Shown one piece after another: positions 7,670-16,019 of a stretch of 24,691 nucleotides of DNA. Origin of the DNA: a virus (Duplodnaviria > Caudoviricetes); the IMG/VR virus record IMGVR_UViG_3300027533_000086, positions 1 through 24,691 of that record. One strand, given 5' to 3'. A program made the translations under genes and the position numbers. Positions within the stretch are counted from its first letter, which is position 1; each line of letters starts with the position of its first letter. The notes under the pieces were generated by a model, which saw nothing but the letters and a program-made list of their open reading frames with translations, searched no databases and had not been told where the DNA came from.

Positions 7670-8777
7670 AATTCCTAAGCTGCTGGGTTCGGAGTCCGTG
7701 TTCATGGACTCCGGCGCCTTCTCCCTCTACGCTATCAACGTTGCTAAGAGCCAAGGACAAGAGACGTCGGAGAGATACATGGAAGTCTCGAAGGACCGGC
7801 GTGGCGGGGAGAAGCTGGACCCGCCACCTAAAAGCAGCCGGCGGGGTAATGACTTCTCTTATTTCAGCTTAGCCCCAGGATCGGAGTTTCGTGCCTACTG
7901 CGACACATACGCCACGTTTATGCGCCTTTTCGAAGGACGGGATATCATATTCGCTACAGTGGACGCCATCCGAAACGCTGAACTCTCTTGGGACATTCAA
8001 AAGTATTTTGAGGAGGAGCACGGGCTCTACCCCGTGCCTGTCATCCATGGCGGGGCTGACCTCCGTTACCTCCACCGCTATTTGGAGGAGCCGAAGAAAT
8101 ATCCGCTCATCGGCTTGGGCGGACTCGCTGGCGGAGTCCGTCCCTTCCTCAAGTGGGTGGATGATGCTTTCTGCGACATCTGCCCGAAGTCCAACGAGTA
8201 TAAGCCCATCGTAAAAGTCCACGGCTTTGCAGTGACCTCCTGGGAATATATGACCCGCTGGCCGTGGTGGAGTGTAGACTCAACGAGCTGGATCAAGTAT
8301 GCGGCCTATGGCTGGATACTGGTTCCGCCCTACGACGAGAAGGGCAAAAGGTTCCGCTACGACAAGTCTCCGCTGCAAATCAATATGAGCCGCAAGCCCA
8401 CGCCTCGAATGCACCGTTCGCTTCGCAGCAAGGGCAAGAGCCCGCGGCAGCAAGAAGACAATTGGTATGACACCACCACAATCCTAGTTCAGGAACGGGT
8501 GGACCGCTGGCTGGCCTATTTGAAAATACCCATGGGCGCCTTTGAAGAGAAGAAGACGACCAAAGAACAGATGAGCGAGTTGCTGGGTTCTTTGCAGACT
8601 CCGGAAGCCTGGGAGGAGGCGATCATAGCGGACGGGGTGAGTTCCTGCTTTCGGGCGCGGGCCATTGTGAACCTCCATTACTTCAAGAACTTGGAGGAGG
8701 CGATGCCCGCGTGGCCCGTCCCGCTGGACCCGAAAATCATCCACATGCGTTCCAAGCAATTCACCTTTGGCCTATAA
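7659..8777 (+). CDS. dpdA: DpdA-like DNA-guanine transglycosylase (TGT fold)
   Basis: [42 protein letters not shown]; adjacent to queD/queE/folE. Confidence 0.8.
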   Translation: MATEIPKLLGSESVFMDSGAFSLYAINVAKSQGQETSERYMEVSKDRRGGEKLDPPPKSSRRGNDFSYFSLAPGSEFRAYCDTYATFMRLFEGRDIIFATVDAIRNAELSWDIQKYFEEEHGLYPVPVIHGGADLRYLHRYLEEPKKYPLIGLGGLAGGVRPFLKWVDDAFCDICPKSNEYKPIVKVHGFAVTSWEYMTRWPWWSVDSTSWIKYAAYGWILVPPYDEKGKRFRYDKSPLQINMSRKPTPRMHRSLRSKGKSPRQQEDNWYDTTTILVQERVDRWLAYLKIPMGAFEEKKTTKEQMSELLGSLQTPEAWEEAIIADGVSSCFRARAIVNLHYFKNLEEAMPAWPVPLDPKIIHMRSKQFTFGL

Positions 8778-8941
8778 TGAGAATATATTTTAGCGGCGGC
8801 GGCGGGACGGCGGACGTGCCCGAGGCGTTGGTGCCCGAGCGCAAGCCGCACATCATGCTGACGTTTTATACGATCGATGAGAACCGAACCCGGGACCGGC
8901 TCAAAGCACATCTAGCGCAACGAAAGAAAAAGAAGAAATGA
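8777..8941 (+). CDS. 54-aa protein, possible detached segment of the DpdA barrel
   Basis: TAATG overlap with dpdA; sequence [10 protein letters not shown]...HIMLTFY. Confidence 0.6.
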   Translation: MRIYFSGGGGTADVPEALVPERKPHIMLTFYTIDENRTRDRLKAHLAQRKKKKK

Positions 8942-9120
8942 AAACAGTATTGCCCATCCTTCTGTTCTGCCTCGGCTACGGAGCCGTTGTGGTAACAGTC
9001 ACGCTTGCGCTTAAGAGCAAGCTCGCCGATGGATACGACGCCCAATTCGTGTTTAACACCCTGGGCGTTGTGACCTTCGTCATCGCCGTCACTGCACTAT
9101 TCAAACCTACAAAGCAATGA
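8938..9120 (+). CDS. small two-TM membrane protein
   Basis: Two hydrophobic stretches; ATGA overlaps on both sides. Confidence 0.65.
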   Translation: MKTVLPILLFCLGYGAVVVTVTLALKSKLADGYDAQFVFNTLGVVTFVIAVTALFKPTKQ

Positions 9121-9779
9121 AAACATATATCACACTACTGCTCGCCGCTTGCTTGGTGTTGCTTCCCCTGTCCGGTAACTCCGGCGAGGGTCCTTCCGTC
9201 CGCACCATCTCCGTCATGGTTCTAGTTCCCGCTGCCGGCCAGCCCATTGTTCTGCCCGACGAAATACCCGCTGAGCTGCGGGGAGAAGTTCTGGCCGCAC
9301 TAAAGTCCGCTCCACCACAATTCATCCAAGGACTTGCGGCGTGGATTGTCGTGATCGTGATTGTCGTTGTGGTGGGAATCATTATTTACTGCCTGTGGAA
9401 GTGCTCGCAGATGATAAGGCCCGTCAACAACAATACACCACCAGAAGATCCCACTGATCCCTACCCTGCTTTCACCGGAGTCGCTAAGAACGAGGGACGG
9501 CCTCTCTTCCTCATCAACACTAATCCCGCGCCCACCTGCGACTTGCAAACCAGCGAGGACTTGCGGCAGTGGACTACTCTTGCTACGTTTTCAGCGGACG
9601 CTGCCGCGGGCCCCGACTGGAGAGTGTTAAAGGCGACCTCTCCCCACGGGTTGGAACTCGCGCGTCGGACAGTCCGCGGCAGCACCACCAACAATCCTAT
9701 CAGCCTAACATCCACCAATCCGGTAACCATTCCGGCAGCGTCTGCGGAGAAGATGTTCTTCCGCCTAGTAGCCCATTGA
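9117..9779 (+). CDS. exported/membrane protein (signal peptide, one TM, C-terminal LQTSEDLRQW...FFRL domain)
   Basis: N-terminal signal-like segment and TM WIVVIVIVVVVGIIIYCLW. Confidence 0.7.
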   Translation: MKTYITLLLAACLVLLPLSGNSGEGPSVRTISVMVLVPAAGQPIVLPDEIPAELRGEVLAALKSAPPQFIQGLAAWIVVIVIVVVVGIIIYCLWKCSQMIRPVNNNTPPEDPTDPYPAFTGVAKNEGRPLFLINTNPAPTCDLQTSEDLRQWTTLATFSADAAAGPDWRVLKATSPHGLELARRTVRGSTTNNPISLTSTNPVTIPAASAEKMFFRLVAH

Positions 9780-9789
9780 GCAACCCTAT

Positions 9790-10875
9790 ATGAAAATCAA
9801 CCGAGAGCAATTCCTTAGAGATTTGGAAATGGTGAGGGCGGGTCTGTCCCCGCGCGAGTTTATCGAGCAAAGTTCCTGCTTCGCGTTCGGTAACAAGACG
9901 GTCATGACCTTCAACGACGAGGTGGCCTGCCGCAAGCCCATCGAGGTATCCCTCACCGGAGCCGTCCAAGCTCAAAGCCTGCTCGACATCCTGGGCAAGC
10001 TGGAAGATAAAGAGCTGACGGTGGAGGAGAATGAGAGAGGTGAATTGGAGTTTCGCGGCAGCAAGAAAGCCTTTGGCGTCACTCGGGACGCAGAAATCTT
10101 TTTGCCCATCGACCGCGTAGAAACGCCGGACAAGGACAAGTGGCACCCGCTGCCGGAGAAGTTTCTAGATGCGGTCCGCCTCGTCCAGCATTGCGTCAGC
10201 ACCGATGAGTCGAAGTTCCTGCTAACGTGCATTCACTTGCACCCAGACTACATCGAGGCTTGCGACAATCACCAGCTCATGCGTTACAGCCTTAAGAGCG
10301 GGCTCAAGAATCCCGTGCTCGTCCGCGGCGCTTCGATGTCCCAAATCCTCCTGCTGGGGATGAGCGAGGTAGCCCGCACCAAGTCGTGGATTCATTTCCG
10401 GAACGAGAGCGGGCTCATCTTCTCCTGCCGGGTTTACACCGAGGACTTCCCGCCCTTCGACGCCGCGTTGAAAGTGGAAGGCCACCCGATAGTTATTCCC
10501 AAGGGACTCGCAGAGGCAGCTGACCGCGCCTCCGTCTTTGCCTCCGACAAAGCAGGCGACCCGCTCGTATCGGTTACCCTCAAGACGGGCGCCTTGCGCA
10601 TCACCGGCGAGGGCTTGTCCGGTTGGTATAAGGAAATCAAGAGCGTTGCCTACAAAGGCCCGCAGCTGGATTTCCTGATCGCTCCCGACTTGCTAAAGCA
10701 CATCTCCGAAGAATACTCCGACGCAATCATCAACCCAGAGAAGCTCAAAGTCTCCGGCGGTCACTGGTCCTACATTACCGTCCTCGGCCCGCCCACCGCC
10801 GACGCGGCCAACAACGGGGAAGCCACAGACGAAGAAGCAGCACCAAAGAAGCGCAAGCGCGAGGAAGAAGATTGA
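9790..10875 (+). CDS. dnaN: DNA polymerase III beta-type sliding clamp
   Basis: MKINREQFLRDL start; VSTDESKFLLTCIHL...IEACDNHQL resembles DnaN STDESRPxLxG...ATDGHRL; size and context fit. Confidence 0.75.
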   Translation: MKINREQFLRDLEMVRAGLSPREFIEQSSCFAFGNKTVMTFNDEVACRKPIEVSLTGAVQAQSLLDILGKLEDKELTVEENERGELEFRGSKKAFGVTRDAEIFLPIDRVETPDKDKWHPLPEKFLDAVRLVQHCVSTDESKFLLTCIHLHPDYIEACDNHQLMRYSLKSGLKNPVLVRGASMSQILLLGMSEVARTKSWIHFRNESGLIFSCRVYTEDFPPFDAALKVEGHPIVIPKGLAEAADRASVFASDKAGDPLVSVTLKTGALRITGEGLSGWYKEIKSVAYKGPQLDFLIAPDLLKHISEEYSDAIINPEKLKVSGGHWSYITVLGPPTADAANNGEATDEEAAPKKRKREEED

Positions 10876-12056
10876 AAGGCTTCTTTCCATCTAACGTGGT
10901 CCTGCGGGACCAGCCCGGCTCCTTGCTGCCCAAGTGCGGAAGTTGCGGACTGTTCAAGACTTGCGAGAGTCCCAAGATGGAGCCCTACGGCAAAGGCCGA
11001 AGCCGCGTGCTTGTCGTTGGGGAGGCGCCCGGGCAAACGGAGGACGAGGAGGGACGACCCTTCATCGGAAAGGCGGGCCAGTTCCTCCGCACCCAGCTGG
11101 AAGCCCTGGAGATCGACTTGGATGAAGATGCCTGGACAACGAACGCCCTGATATGCCGTCCGCCTCACAACGCCACCCCGGACGATAGGCAAATCGGATA
11201 CTGCCGGCCCAACCTGCTTAACGCTATACAACGCTTTCAGCCCCGGGTGGTCCTCACCCTCGGGCGAAGTGCTTTGGCGAGCGCCTTGGCCCCTTACTGG
11301 CGCGATACGGGCCCTTTGGAGCGGTGGGTGGGATGGCCCATCCCGCTGGAAAACCACTGGCTCTGTCCGACGTATCACCCCAGCTACTTGCTCCGCATGC
11401 GGAATCCGCTTATGGATCGGCTATTTGCCGAACACTTGGAACAGGCTTTTACTATCGAACAGGACCCACCCCAAGCAAGCGACTACAAAAGCGCCATCGA
11501 AATCCTTTATGACGAGCAGGAGATATATGAAGCCATCCGGGCAATAAACGAGCGCGGAGGCTGGGTGGCCGTGGACTACGAAACGAACTGCCTGAAGCCC
11601 GAGTATCCGGAAGCCCGCATCGTCTCCTGTGCCATCTCCAACGGGAAGCAGACGATCGCATACCCGTGGACGGGCAAGGCAATCGTAGCCACCGGCATGT
11701 TCCTACGGTCCCCGACCACCCGCAAGATCGCCTCCAACCTTAAGTTCGAAGAGCGTTGGACGCGGCGGGAGTTTGGGTGCGGAGTAACCTTTTGGGGATG
11801 GGATACAATGCTCGCCGCGCACTGCCTCGACAACCGCCCGGGCATCTGCTCGCTCAAGTTCCAGTCGCTGGTCAAGCTGGGCGTTCCCGTCTACAACGAG
11901 AACATTGAGCCTTACCTTTCCAGCGGGTCCGGCCACTACAACCGTATTGGAGAAATCGATATCAAATCGCTCCTGCTCTACAACGGCATGGACGCCCTGC
12001 TAGAGTGGCGGCTGGCGCGAAAGCAACGGAAGGAGATGGGATATTGTGATGACTAA
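10872..12056 (+). CDS. family-4 uracil-DNA glycosylase domain fused to a 3'-5' exonuclease (N-terminal part of a split SPO1-type PolA)
   Basis: CxxC, VGEAPG, GRPFIGKAG, NALICRPP, TYHPS; ExoI VDYET, ExoII NLKFE, WDTM, ExoIII YNGMD; TTG start overlaps the clamp stop. Confidence 0.88.
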   Translation: MKGFFPSNVVLRDQPGSLLPKCGSCGLFKTCESPKMEPYGKGRSRVLVVGEAPGQTEDEEGRPFIGKAGQFLRTQLEALEIDLDEDAWTTNALICRPPHNATPDDRQIGYCRPNLLNAIQRFQPRVVLTLGRSALASALAPYWRDTGPLERWVGWPIPLENHWLCPTYHPSYLLRMRNPLMDRLFAEHLEQAFTIEQDPPQASDYKSAIEILYDEQEIYEAIRAINERGGWVAVDYETNCLKPEYPEARIVSCAISNGKQTIAYPWTGKAIVATGMFLRSPTTRKIASNLKFEERWTRREFGCGVTFWGWDTMLAAHCLDNRPGICSLKFQSLVKLGVPVYNENIEPYLSSGSGHYNRIGEIDIKSLLLYNGMDALLEWRLARKQRKEMGYCDD

Positions 12057-12432
12057 ATTCACGGAAGTTCCATTGGACCCTTCCCCGACTCCTGCTTGGG
12101 CTCGTCATTACATTCATGGGCACAGAAGCAAGAATGGAAAGAAGACGACTGAGTATAGTTGTTGGCAGGCAATAAAAACACGATGCTTCAACCCACACGC
12201 TGTAGATTGGAAAAACTATGGAGGGAGAGGTGTCACAGTTTGCGAGCGTTGGAAGAACTCCTTCCCCAACTTTTTGAAAGACATGGGACTGCGGCCACCT
12301 GGAATGACGATAGAACGGAAGAATAATGATGGAGATTATGAACCTAGGAATTGTTGTTGGGTGCCATCTTCCCAGCAGGTTCTGAATCGGAGAGTGCCTT
12401 GTTGGAGAGCTCCGTCCAAGAAAGTGTTATGA
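12049..12432 (+). CDS. free-standing HNH-type homing endonuclease
   Basis: EYSCWQAIKTRC, YGGRGVTVCERW, TIERKNNDGDYEPRNCCW...QQVLN; visibly more AT-rich than its flanks. Confidence 0.85.
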   Translation: MTKFTEVPLDPSPTPAWARHYIHGHRSKNGKKTTEYSCWQAIKTRCFNPHAVDWKNYGGRGVTVCERWKNSFPNFLKDMGLRPPGMTIERKNNDGDYEPRNCCWVPSSQQVLNRRVPCWRAPSKKVL

Positions 12433-13910
12433 GGATTGATCCAATTAGGAAGGAAGGTTACGAGCTGCTTCAGGACGGCATCGTGGCGCTAGCGGAAGTG
12501 GAAGCCAACGGCATTCGGATTGATACCAGGCGCCTAGCGTCCACTCAAGATGTCTTGACGAACAAGATACGCAAGCTGAAGGAGGAACTAGAAACCTCCG
12601 AGCTGTGGAAAGTGTGGCGCCGGCGCTTCGCGACCAAGGCAAGTTTGACCTCCCGGGACCAGCTGGCCACTGTGCTCCACGACGAGCTGGGCTTTAAGGT
12701 GGGTGAGACGACGGAAGGCGGGAAGCCGAGCACAGACGAAGAGGCATTGCAGAAAATAAACCATCCTGACGTCCGCACCTTCTGCCAGCTGGCCAAATAT
12801 CAAAAGGCGCTGGGAACCTTCATCAAAGGAATCGAAAGGGAAATTGTAGACGACCGGCTCCACCCCGTTTACAACCTGCACTTAGCCCGAACCTATCGCT
12901 CCTCCAGCGACTCGCCTAACTTCCAGAACTTCCCCGTCCGCGACAAAGAGATCGCAGAGATCATCCGCAGCCTGTTTATTCCCTCGAAGGGTTGCGTGCT
13001 CGTGGAGAATGACTTCAAAGGCATTGAGGTCGCCCTGTCCGCCGCATATCATCACGATCCCGTTTTCATCGACTACATCACTACGCCCGGTAAAGATATG
13101 CACCGCGACATGGCGGCCCAGCTTTACCTACTTGAGCCCAAGCAAGTTGATAAAGACATACGCTATGGCGCCAAAAACAAGTTCGTATTCCCGCAGTTTT
13201 ACGGCGACTTCTACGTCTCTTGTGCCCGCTCGCTGTGGGAATGGATGCGGACGGGAAAGCTAAAGGGCCCGGACGGCAAGCCGCTGAGAGAGCATTTAAA
13301 GGAGCAAGGCATAGAACGCTTGGGCGCCTGCGATCCCGAGGAGAAGCCGCTGCCGCGTTCATTCGAGAAGCATGTGAAGGCAGTGGAGGACGACTTCTGG
13401 AACCGCAGATTCAAAGTCTACGGGCAGTGGCGCAAGCAATGGTATCAGGATTATCTGGAGAAGGGTTCCTTTGATTTGCTGACGGGCTTCCGCGTAGCCG
13501 GCGCCTTCGCCCGCAACGCAGTCACCAACTATCCCATCCAGGGCTCCGCGTTCCACTGCCTGCTTTGGTCGCTTATCCAAATCAACCGGACGCTTGCCAA
13601 GCGGAAGATGCAGAGCAAGGTGGTGGGACAGATTCACGACAGCTTGCTAGGTGATGTTAAGGTAGGCGAGCTGGGCGATTACCTTTCCATTGTGGAGGAT
13701 GTGACGATGAAACAGCTTCCCCGGCATTGGCATTGGCTCAACGTCCCGCCGGAAATCGAATATGAAATATGCCCGCCCGGCGGGAACTGGTTCCAGAAGA
13801 AAGAATTCAAGTTTAAACAAGGGCGGTTTACCCACCCTCAACAAGCAGACAAGTCCACCACGGACTCCGAACGGTTCGTGCGGGCTTTAGGAAAGGCAAC
13901 TCATGACTGA
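12429..13910 (+). CDS. polA: family A DNA polymerase, polymerase domain only
   Basis: EANGIRID, RSSSDSPNFQNFP, motif A DFKGIE, motif B RYGAKNKFVFPQFYG, NYPIQGSA, motif C QIHDS. Start reassigned to ATG 12429. Confidence 0.93.
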   Translation: MRIDPIRKEGYELLQDGIVALAEVEANGIRIDTRRLASTQDVLTNKIRKLKEELETSELWKVWRRRFATKASLTSRDQLATVLHDELGFKVGETTEGGKPSTDEEALQKINHPDVRTFCQLAKYQKALGTFIKGIEREIVDDRLHPVYNLHLARTYRSSSDSPNFQNFPVRDKEIAEIIRSLFIPSKGCVLVENDFKGIEVALSAAYHHDPVFIDYITTPGKDMHRDMAAQLYLLEPKQVDKDIRYGAKNKFVFPQFYGDFYVSCARSLWEWMRTGKLKGPDGKPLREHLKEQGIERLGACDPEEKPLPRSFEKHVKAVEDDFWNRRFKVYGQWRKQWYQDYLEKGSFDLLTGFRVAGAFARNAVTNYPIQGSAFHCLLWSLIQINRTLAKRKMQSKVVGQIHDSLLGDVKVGELGDYLSIVEDVTMKQLPRHWHWLNVPPEIEYEICPPGGNWFQKKEFKFKQGRFTHPQQADKSTTDSERFVRALGKATHD

Positions 13911-14850
13911 ACTTTATAAACGATTCCGACCCCGCTCCCTCAAAGTAGTGGAGGGGCAGGAGGGAGCCGTCGCCTCCATCTCCAAGATGATGGAGAGAAA
14001 CGCTGTTCCTCATGCCGTGCTCCTCACCGGGCCCAGCGGCTGCGGCAAAACGACGATCGCCCGCATCCTTAAGCAGCACCTGGAATGCGGGGATAACGAT
14101 TTCGTCGAACTCAATTGCGCTGACTTCAAAGGGATCGACATGGTGCGGGACCTGCGGCGCAGCATGAACCTGGCGCCTATTACGGGCAAGACGCGGCTCT
14201 GGATTATTGACGAGGCGCACAAGCTCACCAATGACGCCCAGAATGCTTTCCTCAAAATCTTGGAGGATACTCCCGCCCACGCTTACTTCGTGCTCTGCAC
14301 TACGGACCCGCAGAAGCTCATTAAGACAATTCACACCCGCTGTTCGGAGGTAAAGCTCTCCGGACTAGGTGCTCCGGCGCTCCGCAAGGTGCTTCAGCGG
14401 GTTATTACCAAAGCCGAACTCACGGTGGAGGAGTCGGTGGTGGACGAAATTATCGAAGCCGCAGACTCCTCCGCCCGCAAGGCGCTGGTCATCCTCGACC
14501 AAATTGCTAGCTTGGAGGATTCGGAAAAGCAGCTCGCTGCCATCCGCACGACTACGATCAACAAGGACGTGGCGATAGACCTGGCCCGCTTGCTCGTGAC
14601 CAACTGGCAGGCCGCCTGGGTGGATTGTGCCAAGCTCTTGCGGAGCCTCAAGGACGAGGACGCGGAAGGCGTCCGCTATTGTGTGCTGGGGTATGCGCGA
14701 GCGTGCATGGTCGGAGGCGAAGGCAAACCGCCCAACCCCAAGCTAGGCGCCCGGGCATATATGGTAATCGACATCTTCAGCCGCAACTTTTATGACAGCA
14801 AGCAAGCGGGACTGGCCGCGGCCTGCTGGGAGGTGATTCACGCTAAATGA
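13903..14850 (+). CDS. dnaX: clamp loader AAA+ ATPase, DnaX gamma/tau-like
   Basis: LYKRFRP...GQ, GPSGCGKTT, IIDEAHKLT, QNAFLKILED, TIHTRC. Confidence 0.9.
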   Translation: MTELYKRFRPRSLKVVEGQEGAVASISKMMERNAVPHAVLLTGPSGCGKTTIARILKQHLECGDNDFVELNCADFKGIDMVRDLRRSMNLAPITGKTRLWIIDEAHKLTNDAQNAFLKILEDTPAHAYFVLCTTDPQKLIKTIHTRCSEVKLSGLGAPALRKVLQRVITKAELTVEESVVDEIIEAADSSARKALVILDQIASLEDSEKQLAAIRTTTINKDVAIDLARLLVTNWQAAWVDCAKLLRSLKDEDAEGVRYCVLGYARACMVGGEGKPPNPKLGARAYMVIDIFSRNFYDSKQAGLAAACWEVIHAK

Positions 14851-15383
14851 AAGACCCCGTTCCATTTAATGTCCGCCGTTCCGTGCTCCAAGACTGGGTG
14901 CACGGGCTCACGTTCATGCAACAGAGCGTTCTCATTGCTGCGGTGCGCGGGCCCGACGGGCTCCGCAAGGACCATTGCTCCAAAGTGCTTTGCCGGTGGC
15001 TGCGGCGGAGTTTCTTGTTCAGTGCCTTCCAACGCCGGCCCTACGATAACCCGCATGAGCCAGGAGGCGGCAGTTTCACCGGGCCCAGTTGCCCGGGCGC
15101 CACGAACGATTGGGAACCAGAGATGGATATGGCAGTGGAGGAATACTTGCGGCACGTGGACGAAATGCCGCATCATTTCCAATTGCATTTTATGCACGCG
15201 GCCGAGATACTGGGATACAAACACGAGGACCCGCGCATACAAACTTGGTGGCACCGAACCTACTTGAAGCTCGTGAATGACGCCCACCTCTTCCCCGAGA
15301 GCGAAGCGCAGATGGACCGGCGGCTGGGCGACTTTGAAGCCCACTGGCGGGAGCGGGAAGAAGTAATCGCTAAGGGCCCATAG
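14847..15383 (+). CDS. hypothetical His/Trp-rich phage protein
   Basis: ATGA-coupled ORF with RGPDG and HHFQLHFMHAAEILGYKH; function not recognised. Confidence 0.7.
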   Translation: MKDPVPFNVRRSVLQDWVHGLTFMQQSVLIAAVRGPDGLRKDHCSKVLCRWLRRSFLFSAFQRRPYDNPHEPGGGSFTGPSCPGATNDWEPEMDMAVEEYLRHVDEMPHHFQLHFMHAAEILGYKHEDPRIQTWWHRTYLKLVNDAHLFPESEAQMDRRLGDFEAHWREREEVIAKGP

Positions 15384-15396
15384 GAGATAATAAAGC

Positions 15397-15870
15397 ATGG
15401 ACAAAAGCAAAGCAGAATCCGTTGTAGCAATCGACGACAAGAACCTAGACCGGGAGTGTATTCTCCTGCCTACGCAATACATTCGGGCCGCCTTTCAATC
15501 CGCCGAAGCCAAGCGCGATGCGGTGGAAGCTAAGAACCAACTGGCCGTGATCGAAGCAGACTTGGCCAAGGTCATCCGCGGCGACCCAGTAGGCTTTGGG
15601 ATTGAAAAAGTCACCGAGGCTGCGGTCAACGCTGCGGTCATAACCTCGAAACATTATCGCAAGGCCAAGCAAGCCCAGCAGGATGCGGACTACAATTCCG
15701 ACATCGCCCAGGCACTCGTGTGGGCCATGGAGCACAAGAAGCGAGCGTTGACAATGCTCGTCGAACTCCACGGCATGGGATACTTCTCCGCTCCCAAGAT
15801 CAGCGAGGACGGCCGGCGGGCCGTGGAACAGCAGATGCAACGTCGGGCCCGACGGCCCATCGACGACTAA
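15397..15870 (+). CDS. UvsY-like recombination mediator (coiled coil)
   Basis: Helical 157-aa protein with KVTEAAVNAAV...Y; AGGAG upstream; lies before the SSB and RecA genes. Confidence 0.6.
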   Translation: MDKSKAESVVAIDDKNLDRECILLPTQYIRAAFQSAEAKRDAVEAKNQLAVIEADLAKVIRGDPVGFGIEKVTEAAVNAAVITSKHYRKAKQAQQDADYNSDIAQALVWAMEHKKRALTMLVELHGMGYFSAPKISEDGRRAVEQQMQRRARRPIDD

Positions 15871-16019
15871 TGACTCTGGGAGAGTTCATCCTAGCAGGCT
15901 TGTTCGGGGTCTTCGTGCTCCCGGTCTTGTCTTACATGATAGTGAAATTTGGGACTGCGGGGTATTTCCGCGCCAAGCAACGGGAAACCAATAAACAAAA
16001 ACAAAAGGACCACCAATGA
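15870..16019 (+). CDS. small single-TM membrane protein (49 aa)
   Basis: TAATG overlap; MTLGEFILAGLFGVFVLPVLSYMIVKF. Confidence 0.55.
   Translation: MTLGEFILAGLFGVFVLPVLSYMIVKFGTAGYFRAKQRETNKQKQKDHQ

Noticed and set aside
7659-8777. tRNA-guanine transglycosylase (tgt) for queuosine
   Set aside because: Lacks the C-terminal CxCxxC zinc site of bacterial Tgt; motifs and phage context fit DpdA better.
12046-12432. Group I intron or intein interrupting polA
   Set aside because: The HNH ORF occupies the whole interval, the flanking genes have their own stop and start, and no splicing motifs are seen.
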